From the IMG/VR virus record IMGVR_UViG_3300046787_000438, positions 64,001-128,000 of that record: 64,000 nucleotides of DNA; one strand, 5' to 3'. Below the pieces are notes generated by a model. That model was not told the DNA's origin. It saw nothing but the letters and a program-made list of their open reading frames with translations, and ran no database searches. The DNA is from a virus. Positions 20,087-31,139 of this stretch are shown piece by piece. The position numbers and the translations under genes were made by a program. The number at the start of each line of letters is the position of its first letter. The stretch's first letter is position 1.

Positions 20087-20259
20087 TATCTGATGCCTAT
20101 ATGGGCTATATACGTCACTGCCACTGGTATGCCAATGTGGAACGGTGGGTCCCTCGAGTCCTTAGAGGGGCAACTCTCTATCTTGGAGGCGCACTTTGGG
20201 ATTGGGTCATACTATATAAATAGCATGATAGACTAAGTCTGCCTAAGATAGGAGATATT

Positions 20260-20538
20260 ATGAAGGTACTAATCAACCGTTGCCCTCACGGCTTCACCTT
20301 GTCAGAGGCTCAGAAAGAGCTTTTCCCTGAGCTAAAGACTAACCCAAACATGCAGGTGTCGGATGTAAGCCGAACTGATCCACGTCTTATTGCTTCATTT
20401 GAAGCAGGAGATAACCGTGGTGATGGTGGTTCTACTCTAACTATTGTAGAGATTCCAGATGGTGCGCAGTTCAAGGTTGCCCCTCGTGGTGGCTATGAAG
20501 AGCTTGCTTGGACGACTGGTGAACTAAACGTTATCTAA
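20260..20538 (+). CDS. Hypothetical phage protein
   Basis: GGAG RBS; INRC..GF.LS and R.DP.L motifs. Confidence 0.6.
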   Translation: MKVLINRCPHGFTLSEAQKELFPELKTNPNMQVSDVSRTDPRLIASFEAGDNRGDGGSTLTIVEIPDGAQFKVAPRGGYEELAWTTGELNVI

Positions 20539-20549
20539 AGAGGTCTACC

Positions 20550-20816
20550 ATGAGTGTTCAGCATGTAAAAGGTGATACTTGGGTTGATGACTATAATCAA
20601 GTGATTGTAAACATACATAAACCTAATCAGTGTAGGCATGACTACTGCACCATACATAATCAGTCTGAGCACCACATGGTAGGCTTCCCACAGAAGTGGC
20701 GGCAAGACAGACACTTCATGGAACGGGTATGCCCTCACGGTATAGGGCACCCAGATCCAGATGAAATTATTCAGAATTTAGTACATGCGTGTGATAGGTG
20801 TTGCATAAATGAGTAA
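20550..20816 (+). CDS. Cys/His-rich phage protein
   Basis: C.IH, MERVCPHGIGHPDPD. Confidence 0.6.
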   Translation: MSVQHVKGDTWVDDYNQVIVNIHKPNQCRHDYCTIHNQSEHHMVGFPQKWRQDRHFMERVCPHGIGHPDPDEIIQNLVHACDRCCINE

Positions 20817-21009
20817 AAATGTATTTGCTGAAGGTACCCCTGAGTACGAAGCATTCGAGGCTGGGATCCAAGCAGAGCGGCTAAGGCTGCGAAAGATTCT
20901 TGAAAAGTACCACACTACATTTGGGTCTGGCGACATAAATCAGTCGTCGACAAAGATGGAAATTAGATATATGTATGACTATGTCAATGAATCTAGGTCT
21001 TTGAAGTAG

Positions 21010-22071
21010 ATGGGCAGTAGTCGTAGGGTAGAGGTTTTTGCAAGATCGGACTATCTTGGTAGGCCAGATAGTGATAAAGATACGACTATTTTTTCTGGTG
21101 AACTAGCCGATGCTGTTTTTTCTAACAAACTAATTAAGGTTCCGCTGCCTTATGGATGGGGACCAGGTGATGTTAAAGAAAAATATGACTCGTACAACTC
21201 TTATACCTTAAATTCATATAACTGCAGGGGACCAGAATTTTCTTCTGGAGTAGATTTTATTTTTGCTGGCTGCTCTCAAACTTTTGGTATCGGAGTTCCA
21301 GATGACGGGGTGTGGCCAAAATTTGTTGCTGAGAATCTAAATTCAACTTATGCAAATCTATCTATGCTTGGAGCTGGTATGGAATGGATAACTGACTCTA
21401 TCTATAGGTATGTAAATACTTTTGGTAAGCCTAATAGAGGAATTATTGTACTAGCGCCTGACTACTATAGAGTAGATGTTCTTGTAGATAATATTTTAAA
21501 TAGCTGCGATAGACATAGAGTTACCGACTATGTTCCTCAGTATTATGACGATAATAACCTGGATTTTCGACTAGTTACTTGTCATTTAGATAATAGCTAT
21601 CCAGTTTCTTATATGAAAAAACCTTTTTCTGTGAGCCAGACTATGCTAGAAGCCGAAGCTCTTAGAAGATCTATAAAGGCTGTAAGAGACCTAGAAATCT
21701 TTTGCGAACAAGCTGGTATACCTCTTATATGGTCAACTTGGCATGAGGGGTTAGATAGATTAGCTACTAATCTTACAGATGAATATAGGTTTAAAAATTA
21801 CCTACCTACAAATAATCTTAGGTGGCAATCAAAAATGAGTGACCTACCACTGCCCGACACTGATGAATATGATATATGTTATTACTTAGTGGATCGTAAT
21901 GGAGAATCAATTTCATGCCACTCTGATTTAGAAAGTGAATTTGGCTTAGCTTTTCACAAAGGTACCGACCGATTTAAATTTGAAAAACGTGACCAGTCTC
22001 ACATGGGTGTTCATGAGCATATACATCTTGCAGAAGCTTTTACTCAAAAAGCGCTAGAAATTGGTATGTAG
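21010..22071 (+). CDS. SGNH-like family protein (paralog 4)
   Basis: NSYNCRG, AGCSQTFGIG, NLS..G, HMGVHEH. Confidence 0.6.
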   Translation: MGSSRRVEVFARSDYLGRPDSDKDTTIFSGELADAVFSNKLIKVPLPYGWGPGDVKEKYDSYNSYTLNSYNCRGPEFSSGVDFIFAGCSQTFGIGVPDDGVWPKFVAENLNSTYANLSMLGAGMEWITDSIYRYVNTFGKPNRGIIVLAPDYYRVDVLVDNILNSCDRHRVTDYVPQYYDDNNLDFRLVTCHLDNSYPVSYMKKPFSVSQTMLEAEALRRSIKAVRDLEIFCEQAGIPLIWSTWHEGLDRLATNLTDEYRFKNYLPTNNLRWQSKMSDLPLPDTDEYDICYYLVDRNGESISCHSDLESEFGLAFHKGTDRFKFEKRDQSHMGVHEHIHLAEAFTQKALEIGM

Positions 22072-22075
22072 AGAT

Positions 22076-23161
22076 ATGCCTGAACAGCCAGTAATAGTTA
22101 TACCGCCTAAAAATTATCGTAGGGAGCTAAAGTTCTCTGGTGATTTTAAGGAATCAATATTTGGTAAAACTATTATGCCTATGCCTACTCCCATATCCTG
22201 GGCAGACTCCGACATTCAACTAAACCATGATAGTTACAATAAATACACTTTAAATAACTATAATTATCGGGGGCCTGACTTCTCCAGTAACTATGATGTA
22301 TTGACTGCTGGATGTTCTCAGACATTTGGGATAGGTGTGCCTGATGATGGACCATGGCCAGTACATGTATCTGAGATGCTGAATGCATCCTATGTAAATG
22401 TCTCTATGCCAGGGGCTAGCATTGAGTGGATTATTGATTCTATATACAGATACATAGATACTTTTGGTAAACCTATCCGTGGGATTATTGCACTATTCCC
22501 TGACATTCTTAGACATGATGTGGTTATTAACTCTGAAATAAATGACACGATAGAAACTAGTGATAATGATTTTATCCCTCAGTATAGAAGCAACGATGGG
22601 AAGCTTAAGCTCCTCTCATATAGCCCAGCGGGATATCCTGCACCTAACTACCTAAAAAAGCCGTATCCTATAGAGAACACAATGGTCCTAGAAGAATCTG
22701 TAAAAGCTTCTATTACAAAAATAAAAGACTTAGAGAGATTCTGCAAGGCTGCTGGTGTAAACCTAGTCTGGTCCAGTTGGGCTGACAGTTTAGTGTGGTT
22801 AGTTAGAGGACTACCTGAAAAGTATCAGTTTGAAAATTACGTAAAGTTAGATGGATTATCTCTTTGGAAGTCACATCTATATGCCCTGGAACGCACAGAA
22901 AAAGATCCAGAGGGTATCGCGGACATCAAGTTGGCCCATATGGAAAACACAATGGCAGATTTTGGCTGCTCTAATGAGTTAGCTGAAGCTCAGGAGTGCA
23001 TATGTTTCTGGCCTTGTCACCAAAATTTAGTAGAAAAGTATGGCCTATCTTTTCATGAAGGAACTGATAGATTTACTAGAGAAGGATCTCACTATGGGGT
23101 TCACAAGCATATTCATATAGCTGAAGATTTTTCAGCAAGGGCGCTAGAGATTGGGATGTGA
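22076..23161 (+). CDS. SGNH-like family protein (paralog 5, tandem duplicate of paralog 4)
   Basis: AGCSQTFGIGVPDDG, DSIYRY..TFGKP.RGII, identical ALEIGM C-terminus. Confidence 0.65.
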   Translation: MPEQPVIVIPPKNYRRELKFSGDFKESIFGKTIMPMPTPISWADSDIQLNHDSYNKYTLNNYNYRGPDFSSNYDVLTAGCSQTFGIGVPDDGPWPVHVSEMLNASYVNVSMPGASIEWIIDSIYRYIDTFGKPIRGIIALFPDILRHDVVINSEINDTIETSDNDFIPQYRSNDGKLKLLSYSPAGYPAPNYLKKPYPIENTMVLEESVKASITKIKDLERFCKAAGVNLVWSSWADSLVWLVRGLPEKYQFENYVKLDGLSLWKSHLYALERTEKDPEGIADIKLAHMENTMADFGCSNELAEAQECICFWPCHQNLVEKYGLSFHEGTDRFTREGSHYGVHKHIHIAEDFSARALEIGM

Positions 23162-23746
23162 TGGCCTATAAAGATAAATTCTCCGAGAGAATAGAGCTAG
23201 ACCTAGACACTACTGCGGTACAACTAGCGGTTAAGATCGTAATGCAGGAGGGAGAGCTACGTTTCAGGGAAAAGTTTGCTGAGGTCCTAGCCTTACAAGT
23301 CATCTCGGCTCAAAAGTCCTCGCCAGATACGGAGCTTCGTTGGGAAGACGGGGTCAATTATGTAATACATCTTTTGAAGGAGATTGATCTACGTGAGTCA
23401 GAATAGTAGTCAGCCAGCTAATTATCATGATGGACACCCTAGGGATCCATATGAAGATAGATTCCGTGATGGGTTTATAGATGGGTTCACGAGAGCCCGA
23501 GAAATATTTTGGCGCGACCTTATGCGTAAAGCTGGTGAGTGCAGATTAATGGGTGAGTCTACCGACAGCCCCTCCCTCAAAGAGCATATGGCTGCTATGG
23601 AAGTGGCTTATCGAGTCTCTGCTGACTTAATTTCTAGGTCACACACTGTATATCCAGGGGCACTTACAATAGATGCTGACCCTAATGATCCAAGATACAC
23701 CATTAAATTTGATGAAGATTTATATAAATACTGATACATTTTATAT

Positions 23747-24208
23747 ATGGAATCATCTAGTGAAGAAGTAAAGCACCTCTACAAGTTTGACTACTATGAG
23801 GCAGATGACAATTGCACCTATGTCGATTGGGTCTGGCTCGAGCACTCTGAGGTAGAAGACTACAAAAGTAGCTATGCTCAGGTGAAAATGCGTGTTGCTA
23901 CGCAGGATGAGGAAAACCTCTACGAAGAAGCATATGAAGATGGCTATGGCATTGCCATGATTATGGAGATGAGAAGCATCGACAACGGTGTCACCTTCAG
24001 GGTAGAGCTCTCTAAGGATGGCGATTTTGATATGGGCCACAAGATGTTTAGATGCGCCCTATGCGATAAGCATAAAGACTTCGAGGAACATGCTGCTACT
24101 GCAGGTGCTTACTACATAACTCAGTTGGTTGATGATGTCCTATGGCATGTGTGCGAAGAGTGTGTGGTCCTGGGCGAGCAGATCGATGAGATAAATCTTG
24201 ACGATTAA
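23747..24208 (+). CDS. Acidic protein with two CxxC motifs
   Basis: CALC...CEEC. Confidence 0.5.
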   Translation: MESSSEEVKHLYKFDYYEADDNCTYVDWVWLEHSEVEDYKSSYAQVKMRVATQDEENLYEEAYEDGYGIAMIMEMRSIDNGVTFRVELSKDGDFDMGHKMFRCALCDKHKDFEEHAATAGAYYITQLVDDVLWHVCEECVVLGEQIDEINLDD

Positions 24209-24479
24209 AAAACGTGTGAAGGATATCGCTGAGAGGTACACCCAGAACTATAAGAGATGCCCTTGGTGGGTTAAAGCTTCTACTTGGCTGCTCATAGGAT
24301 TGATACTTCTACCTGATCCATTTGATTGGATCCCTGGATTAACTTTTATGGATGAAGTGCTGTATGCTTCTATATTGTTACATCTTCTACACAAGTACGG
24401 TGCTCTGCCCGACGAGGATAAGAAGAGCGCAAAAGACCTAGTTAAAGAGATCCTTGGAAAGGATAGTCATGGACATTGA
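24198..24479 (+). CDS. DUF1232/YkvA-like small membrane protein
   Basis: LLPDPFDWIPGLTFMDE. Confidence 0.6.
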   Translation: MTIKKRVKDIAERYTQNYKRCPWWVKASTWLLIGLILLPDPFDWIPGLTFMDEVLYASILLHLLHKYGALPDEDKKSAKDLVKEILGKDSHGH

Positions 24480-24756
24480 GGAATTCAAAGAAGTATCAAA
24501 GCCATATTACGGTGAGACATATCAAGTACTTGTAAAAAAGCAGATGGACTATGGGCCATTCAACATTGCTCGCTCGCCTGGTGGCCCGCTTAATGGTCTC
24601 CGTGTTCGTATGCATGACAAGCTAGCTCGTATCAATCACCTGATTGATAGCGGTGCAACCCCTGAAAATGAGAGTTTGCGTGACTCGTTCCTGGATCTAG
24701 CTAACTACAGCATGATTGCAATGATGGTTATTGATGACAAGTGGCCAACTGAGTAA
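24469..24756 (+). CDS. Nucleotide-modification-associated (DUF1599-like) domain protein
   Basis: KQMDYG, RMHDKLAR, ESLRDSFLDLANYS. Confidence 0.75.
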   Translation: MDIEEFKEVSKPYYGETYQVLVKKQMDYGPFNIARSPGGPLNGLRVRMHDKLARINHLIDSGATPENESLRDSFLDLANYSMIAMMVIDDKWPTE

Positions 24757-25249
24757 CGAAGAGGCAGAGAATTTTCGCCAAGAAGGTCGCGAAGAAGTCC
24801 TGGACTATTTAGTTGCTAGAGAGATTTTAAACTACAGCAGCTATGATAATGAGTACTTCAAGTATGACTGGAAGTCCGAGCGATTGACTCTATTCCCTTG
24901 GCGGAAAGCCGCTAATAAAGATTAGCTCTCCAAGGTAAAATTAGTTATAAAGCATCCATTATTGCTACCATGTAGTAGAAAAGATAGAGGAACATGAGCA
25001 GCATTAGAGCCACGGAAAAGCAGCTTCGTAAGCTTCAGAAGCAACGCCATATGTATGACATTCAGCAGATGATTTTGGCTAATCCTCTACTAAAAAACCT
25101 AACTAGTCATGACCAGAAGGTACTCCAGAAGTTACTATATAAAGCTGAAATGATTGAAGTCTTCATGAGAGATAAGCAGATTGTTCGCGTCAATGAGTCT
25201 TTCGATGATATTATCAATAGCTTCAATGACATGATCAATGATGCCCTAG

Positions 25250-25837
25250 ATGGAGACATTCGTGGCGAAGAAGATGATGACTTTAGGCCTTAACTACAGT
25301 GTGCTAGCAGATAGAGTAGTTCTATTTCATAATGCACTTGGTGATTCTTTATTAGTCACTACTATGGCTGACGAGGGAGAATGGCGTAGTAATCAGCGAG
25401 ACAACTATGATGATGGTGTGACTCGCAGATATGAGCAGGATATCGAAATCACTAAGTCTCTTCCTTTTGGAAAATCTGTACTAGAGGACCTAAATATAGT
25501 CCTAAAGACCTATGCATCCCTAATCAACTCGCCTGCGCATGATGGGCGCGATACCATTGTTGGCGAAATGTGGTTAGCGCACGTATCAAAATATGTTTTG
25601 GGAGGGTACATAGTACCTCATAGAGATGAAGACTACACGTCTGACAATGGTATCTATACCTGTATTGTCTACTTAAATGAAGACTATACTGGAGGACATG
25701 TTGGCTTCACTGATTTTAATGTAGAGATAAAACCATCTATTGGGGATATACTAATGTTCCCTAGCTACTACATGCACTATGGCACTCCCGTAACGTCAGG
25801 AAGTAAATACATGGCAATCTCTAGACTTGAATTTTAA
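25250..25837 (+). CDS. 2OG-Fe(II) oxygenase
   Basis: HRD, YLNEDYTGG, FPSYYMH..PV.SG.KY. Confidence 0.85.
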   Translation: METFVAKKMMTLGLNYSVLADRVVLFHNALGDSLLVTTMADEGEWRSNQRDNYDDGVTRRYEQDIEITKSLPFGKSVLEDLNIVLKTYASLINSPAHDGRDTIVGEMWLAHVSKYVLGGYIVPHRDEDYTSDNGIYTCIVYLNEDYTGGHVGFTDFNVEIKPSIGDILMFPSYYMHYGTPVTSGSKYMAISRLEF

Positions 25838-25902
25838 CTAAGTACTTGACAAATAGTTTTAAGTGTAGTACTTTCTAAATAAGCCTTTAGAAAGGAAACT
25901 AA

Positions 25903-27054
25903 ATGAACAAGGCAATCGCAACACTCTCTGCGGTACTTATTGCCGCTACAACCCTAGTATCTGGCGGAGCTGCTTCGGCAGCACCTATCCAAGAAGCATC
26001 TGGGGTTAGCGCGTACTATCGAGCTGACCTGGGTTACAAAGTGGCTTGGCAGCTACCTTCTGACAAGACTGGCATCACTGGATATGTGGTAACCGCTAAC
26101 AGCGGGCAGACCTGTGCCGTAGTTGGTGGCCTGACTAATACCTGTACTTTTAAAGCCATTCAGCTAGGGTATTCGGGAAGTTTTAACTTTACAGTGTCTA
26201 CTAAGAGTGGCGCTAATACTCTAGCAGTCTCTTCAGTATCTAATACCGTGGGGCCTGCTTCTACCCCTACTGCTCCAATTCTACTAACCTCTGAAGCAGC
26301 TTCTAGCACCATAATCAATGTTGCATGGATTCCTAGCCCTGGTACTGGAAACCTAGACCTGTATGGCTACAAGGTGACTTATTGGAAGTCGGACTTGGTT
26401 GGCACCCCTGTAAATGCGACCAAGATTGTAAAGGTTGTTAGTGAAACTTCTACATCTTTGTCGGTCTCGCCTAAGACGATGTACATCATCGATGTAGCTG
26501 CCTGTAACGCGCTCGGATGTAACTCGACCAACTACTGGTCATACGTGGCTACGGACCCTGCATCTGCTGAAGTTAAGGCTGTAAAGCTCCCTACCATCAT
26601 TAGTGGTGGCTCTGCTTCTACTACGTGCTTCGACTCTATCTATGATGCAAACACTGGTGAATCGGCCACTGGTAACTGCGGTTCTGTAGTGGCTAACCCT
26701 AGTACTTATCCAGTGATTAATTCAAGTGCTACTGAGCTAGTGCTCCCTAACCTAGCTACTAAGCTTGCTAACCAGGCTGTACTATCTAACTTCTTGAAGT
26801 CTTACTCGCTCAGGACCTGGGCACCAATTGGTATCCCGTGGTTCGCTAACTTGACTAGTACGAGCAAGTCAACAACTCTAGGCTTCACTACTACTGCCAC
26901 GGTTAGCTCCTCTACCCCTGCAATATGTTCTGTGGTTGGAGAAAAGATTATGCTTACTGCAATCGGAACCTGTAAACTTGCTGGGTACGTAGATGGCAAT
27001 AGTGTATTTAAACCAAGCAATACTGCTAGCGCTTCATTTACTGTCACTAATTAG
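25903..27054 (+). CDS. Secreted/surface fibronectin type III repeat protein
   Basis: Signal peptide (..AASA), W..P...G..ITGY.V FN3 pattern twice. Confidence 0.7.
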   Translation: MNKAIATLSAVLIAATTLVSGGAASAAPIQEASGVSAYYRADLGYKVAWQLPSDKTGITGYVVTANSGQTCAVVGGLTNTCTFKAIQLGYSGSFNFTVSTKSGANTLAVSSVSNTVGPASTPTAPILLTSEAASSTIINVAWIPSPGTGNLDLYGYKVTYWKSDLVGTPVNATKIVKVVSETSTSLSVSPKTMYIIDVAACNALGCNSTNYWSYVATDPASAEVKAVKLPTIISGGSASTTCFDSIYDANTGESATGNCGSVVANPSTYPVINSSATELVLPNLATKLANQAVLSNFLKSYSLRTWAPIGIPWFANLTSTSKSTTLGFTTTATVSSSTPAICSVVGEKIMLTAIGTCKLAGYVDGNSVFKPSNTASASFTVTN

Positions 27055-27063
27055 TACGACAAA

Positions 27064-27100
27064 AGAAATCCCCCTAGATTAAAACCTAGGGGGTTTCTCT
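27064..27100. terminator. Bidirectional intrinsic terminator
   Basis: GAAATCCCCCTAG/CTAGGGGGTTTC stem between convergent genes. Confidence 0.75.
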
Positions 27101-27114
27101 TTATCTTGTCGGGA

Positions 27115-27960
27115 TTAGTCTAGGAAAGCCCAAGTCTTAGGACCAACGATACCGTCAACCTTTAGACCATGCTTACTCTGCAGTGCTTCGACTGCTACGT
27201 GGGTTTTCTCACCAAAGGTTCCATCAACAACAACCTTAAGCTGCTGCTGAATGAACTTAACTGAGTTACCTGTTGCACCTTTCTGAACATAGTGTCCAGG
27301 GTATCCAGGGTTAGAGATAACTACAGGAGCCACTACAGTAGGAGCTGCTGGTGTAGCTTTAGACACTGCCTTCTTCTGTGCAATAACTGCATCGACCTTA
27401 GCTGCCTGTGCTTCGTTGTGCTCTGGTGCATCCTCTACTGGATCGTCATCAGTCGCAACAACTGCAGCTGAAGCGATAGCTTTCTCCTTAGCAATAAGAG
27501 CCTTAAAGAATGCGATTGGTTCGATGTAGTTCTTACCCATTGCATCCCATGTATGAACCTTGCCGAGACGTAGCTCCCAGTGGAGGTGCTTGCCAGTTGA
27601 CATACCAGTTGTGCCCATCTTGCCTAGCATCTGACCTGCTGTGACCTTGTCGCCCTTCTTAACTTTAAGAGAGCCGTCCTTCATGTGAGCATAAAGTGTG
27701 GTGTAGAACTTGCCATCAATCTTGTGTAGAAGGATAACGTAGTTACCGAAGCCACCGCCTGGACTGGTTGACTTCTTTGCCTCTAAAACCTTACCGTCAT
27801 ATGGAGCCTCGATGATGCATGGTTCGTGTGGCGACCAGATGTCGGTACCATTGTGGTGCTTCTTTTGCTTGGTGACTGGGTGGATGCGCATACCCATGAG
27901 GCTGGTTGCCTTAAAGTCTTTACCAAGTTTTCCGTCGATTGGATATTGGGCCTTAGCCAT
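27115..27960 (-). CDS. M23 peptidase endolysin with C-terminal peptidoglycan-binding domain
   Basis: HNGTD, YAH, TGMSTGKHLHWE; DGIVGPKTW. Confidence 0.9.
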   Translation of the reverse strand: MAKAQYPIDGKLGKDFKATSLMGMRIHPVTKQKKHHNGTDIWSPHEPCIIEAPYDGKVLEAKKSTSPGGGFGNYVILLHKIDGKFYTTLYAHMKDGSLKVKKGDKVTAGQMLGKMGTTGMSTGKHLHWELRLGKVHTWDAMGKNYIEPIAFFKALIAKEKAIASAAVVATDDDPVEDAPEHNEAQAAKVDAVIAQKKAVSKATPAAPTVVAPVVISNPGYPGHYVQKGATGNSVKFIQQQLKVVVDGTFGEKTHVAVEALQSKHGLKVDGIVGPKTWAFLD

Positions 27961-28218
27961 TTTGGCTCCTTTGTATTAGTTTGTTCTTAGCTGTTACGTG
28001 GCAAAACTCCCTCATGTAGGCTCCCGTGAAAGCCGTGAAGTTGATCCTGTACGCATCAGTAGATCGTTGTAATTGTTGGCCCATGCACCATTCTCGGGCT
28101 GCCTTTGTAGCCTGTGCACGAACCTCTTTAGTGTCTGCCTCGAAGCTATACTTCAGGTAGAAAAAAAGGCGGGAGAGTCCTCTCATACGGTAATTTTACC
28201 GCAGAGTTAGATAGGTGA

Positions 28219-29256
28219 TTAGATTCCTAGCCAGTACTTGCGCTCTAAGGTCCAGTTGACTGTATTCTTCAAAGACTCATCAAATGGCACTACAGGCAGC
28301 CATCCCCACTCTTCTAGGGTTCCGCGCTCTAATCCGTAACGTAGATCGTGGCCAGGGCGTGTATTCCCGACGTCATTGTATTCCACCCAGTCGCCATCTA
28401 GCCCCATGAATGACGCAATCAGATTAGCCATCTCGTCATTAGATACTTCGCGCTCGCCACCTACGTGGAAGCGGAGTGGGCGGGAAACCCCTTCAGACTT
28501 TCTAAGACTATGGCTAGAGGCATTCTTAATTATGTAAGTCAATGCGTCAGCTTGATTGCGAGCGTGTAGGTAAAATCTACTGCCAGATTTCCAGACTCCG
28601 TCAATCATCTGGCCGTGTACTGGCATTTTCTCGCCAGCTAAAAGTTTCTTTATAGTCTTTGGGACGAACTTCTCTGGGTCTTGGCGCTCGCCGATGATGT
28701 TCATTGTATTGGTGATAACAACTGGGACATCGTAGCTTCGCCAGTATGCAATGGAAATTGCTTCCTGAGCTGCCTTAGATGCAGAGTACGGATTAGATGG
28801 AAGAATCGAATCATACTCTGGATGAGCTGTGCCATTTATTGCTGGACCATATACTTCATCAGTGCTAATTTGAATGAATAAGTCTAGATTTGGTAGTGTG
28901 CGTGCATAGTCAAGCATTGTCGTGACTAGCATTATGTTATTTTCTATGAAATGTCTAGGCTCTTCTAAGCTTCTGTCGACATGAGACTCGGAGGCCATGT
29001 TGATAATCACATCTACATGACCGATTTCTCTAGCTGTTATAGGGTCTATTGGTGCCACAATATTGTGAGTCAAGATTAATACTCGGTGGCGCTCTGTTGG
29101 ATTAGCATCTAGGACTTCGCGTAATCGGGAACTAATGCCCTTATGTCTAAAGCTCTCTAAGCAGACTACCTCCCAGTCTGTAGTCTTTAGGATATGCTCG
29201 AGCGTGTGATGGCCAATAAATCCGCCAGCACCTGTTAGTAGAATTCGCTTCGACAT
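28219..29256 (-). CDS. dTDP-glucose 4,6-dehydratase (RmlB-like)
   Basis: GAGGFIG, ASESHVDRS, STDEVYG, PYSASK, RPGHDLRY. Confidence 0.9.
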   Translation of the reverse strand: MSKRILLTGAGGFIGHHTLEHILKTTDWEVVCLESFRHKGISSRLREVLDANPTERHRVLILTHNIVAPIDPITAREIGHVDVIINMASESHVDRSLEEPRHFIENNIMLVTTMLDYARTLPNLDLFIQISTDEVYGPAINGTAHPEYDSILPSNPYSASKAAQEAISIAYWRSYDVPVVITNTMNIIGERQDPEKFVPKTIKKLLAGEKMPVHGQMIDGVWKSGSRFYLHARNQADALTYIIKNASSHSLRKSEGVSRPLRFHVGGEREVSNDEMANLIASFMGLDGDWVEYNDVGNTRPGHDLRYGLERGTLEEWGWLPVVPFDESLKNTVNWTLERKYWLGI

Positions 29257-29273
29257 GGTAGGATAAGCCTATC

Positions 29274-30116
29274 ATGAAGACTGCTATTGCCATAGTGTTT
29301 GACGCTAACTATATAGAGAAAGCGGCAATATTCATTGACTCCCTGTCAGAGAACTATCATGGCAGCGAGAAGCTCGATATTACATGTGTAGTGCCAGAGT
29401 ATGAATCTAAAGCTTTTGATGATCTAAAGAAGTTAGTATCAATTACCCCTCGTATTCACTTGATAAAAGTTGTATATCCTAAAGACTTGTCTGACTGGAT
29501 ATCAGGAGCAGTTAAACAAAGATTCTCTTGGGTACCGTCTATGACCTGGTACCGTCTATTCCTAGGCACGGTATTGCCTGACTATGACAAGGTTATCTAC
29601 TTTGACGTAGATGCCTTGGTTGTGGATAACATTCAACCAATACTTGATCACAAGATGTATAGCCCCTTCATGGCAACGGTTGATGTAACTGGCTTTGAAA
29701 TTATGTTTCTAAAATCTCGTGGTGAGCTGCCTAGGCTACATGCTGGAACTCTAATAGCTGATCTTAACTGGTGGAGAGACTCTGGTATTGAGGATGAATT
29801 TAGAGCTGCCATGGAAGAGTGGGATTTGACACTCGGATCGGATGAGGATCTTCTAAATAGGAATGAAACTATTAGATCTAATTGGACGCTAATCCCTTTC
29901 ACGTTCAACTTTCTATTCTTTACGCGAGATGCTTACGGTATTCCAGACTTCGATAGCTCTGAGTCATTACCCTTGTACTACAAACATGCAATCATGATTC
30001 ACTTTGCTAGTCAGATAAAACCATGGAACTATAAAAAGATTGTTGGTAAAGAGGATCCTTCTCGTATAGGCGCTGAGTGGCGTAGGCGAGAAGCTTTAAT
30101 TAAGGCTAGAAAATAG
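29274..30116 (+). CDS. Glycosyltransferase family 8
   Basis: DANY, YRLF, KVIYFDVD, D.DLLN, IHF...KPW. Confidence 0.88.
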   Translation: MKTAIAIVFDANYIEKAAIFIDSLSENYHGSEKLDITCVVPEYESKAFDDLKKLVSITPRIHLIKVVYPKDLSDWISGAVKQRFSWVPSMTWYRLFLGTVLPDYDKVIYFDVDALVVDNIQPILDHKMYSPFMATVDVTGFEIMFLKSRGELPRLHAGTLIADLNWWRDSGIEDEFRAAMEEWDLTLGSDEDLLNRNETIRSNWTLIPFTFNFLFFTRDAYGIPDFDSSESLPLYYKHAIMIHFASQIKPWNYKKIVGKEDPSRIGAEWRRREALIKARK

Positions 30117-30155
30117 CTACTTGACATAATATCTTGACTATGTTAGGTTAAACCT

Positions 30156-30689
30156 ATGACAGTTAAGACAAGAGCCGTTTCGGCAATAATGACAGACATA
30201 ACTACAATGGGCGTTGACGCGATTGTAAATGCTGCTAATGAAGATATGGCTGGTGGTGGTGGAGTTGATGGTGCTATCCATCGTGCTGCAGGCCCACTAC
30301 TTAAGTTAGAGACAATCAAACATGCTCCTCTCTATGTAGCTAAGACTGCTATAACTGATGGCTACAATCTAAAGGCGAAGTTTATTGTCCACACGGTTGG
30401 ACCTAAATATGGTCATGGTGGTTCTGGTGAGTACCTAGCACTGGAGACTTGCTACCAAAGAGCTATTGTTGCTGCCCACTACAAAGGTGCTAAAAGTGTT
30501 GCAATCCCAGCTATCAGTGCTGGTGTTTATGGATTCCCTAGAGAGCGAGCTGCAAAGATTGCAGTTGAGGCTTCTATTAGGACCGTTGAGTCGCTTGAAG
30601 AATTATATGAAGGTAATGGCCTAGAGGTAATACTTGTTGCATATGACAAAGAAACCCTCGACCTATACCTTAAATATCTAAAGGCATAA
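30156..30689 (+). CDS. Macrodomain ADP-ribose hydrolase (YmdB/MacroD type)
   Basis: DIT, IVNAAN, GGGGVDGAIHRAAG, HTVGP, AISAGVYGFP. Confidence 0.93.
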   Translation: MTVKTRAVSAIMTDITTMGVDAIVNAANEDMAGGGGVDGAIHRAAGPLLKLETIKHAPLYVAKTAITDGYNLKAKFIVHTVGPKYGHGGSGEYLALETCYQRAIVAAHYKGAKSVAIPAISAGVYGFPRERAAKIAVEASIRTVESLEELYEGNGLEVILVAYDKETLDLYLKYLKA

Positions 30690-30714
30690 GCCGAGGGCTT
30701 AGTTGTTAGATGGT

Positions 30715-30903
30715 TTAGTCGTCTTCTGGCTTCTCGTAACGAAGTGGGAAGGTGATTACCCAAATCGAAAGTACTACGAGAATAAGGGTTCCAGTTAGTT
30801 CTTTGGCTGAGCCTTCAAGAACGAGCCATGCAACAACCATACCTAGTAAGGTCCATGCCTGGTCAATGATGTCCTTGAATAGGGCTACGAGGAAATTCTT
30901 CAT
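30715..30903 (-). CDS. Small two-TM membrane protein
   Basis: Two hydrophobic segments; coupled to upstream gene. Confidence 0.6.
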   Translation of the reverse strand: MKNFLVALFKDIIDQAWTLLGMVVAWLVLEGSAKELTGTLILVVLSIWVITFPLRYEKPEDD

Positions 30904-31139
30904 TAGTCTTCTTCTTTCTTGTTATTATTGTTAGTTGCTTTTGCTCCAAAGTAGCCACCGAGAATACCGATGATTCCACCGAGAGCTGTCTGTACTAGGG
31001 TCATAACATCTGATGAAACTTCTACTGGCTCTCTTGTTGTCTGAGTTTCGATTGCAGCAACCACGTAATCACCAACGATTGCAAATAGAATTGCAAGCAT
31101 TACGCCAGCTGCTAGAATCAGCATTGTTTTTTCTTTCAT
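30903..31139 (-). CDS. Small two-TM membrane protein (holin-like)
   Basis: Two TM segments, GGYFG, charged tail. Confidence 0.55.
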   Translation of the reverse strand: MKEKTMLILAAGVMLAILFAIVGDYVVAAIETQTTREPVEVSSDVMTLVQTALGGIIGILGGYFGAKATNNNNKKEED

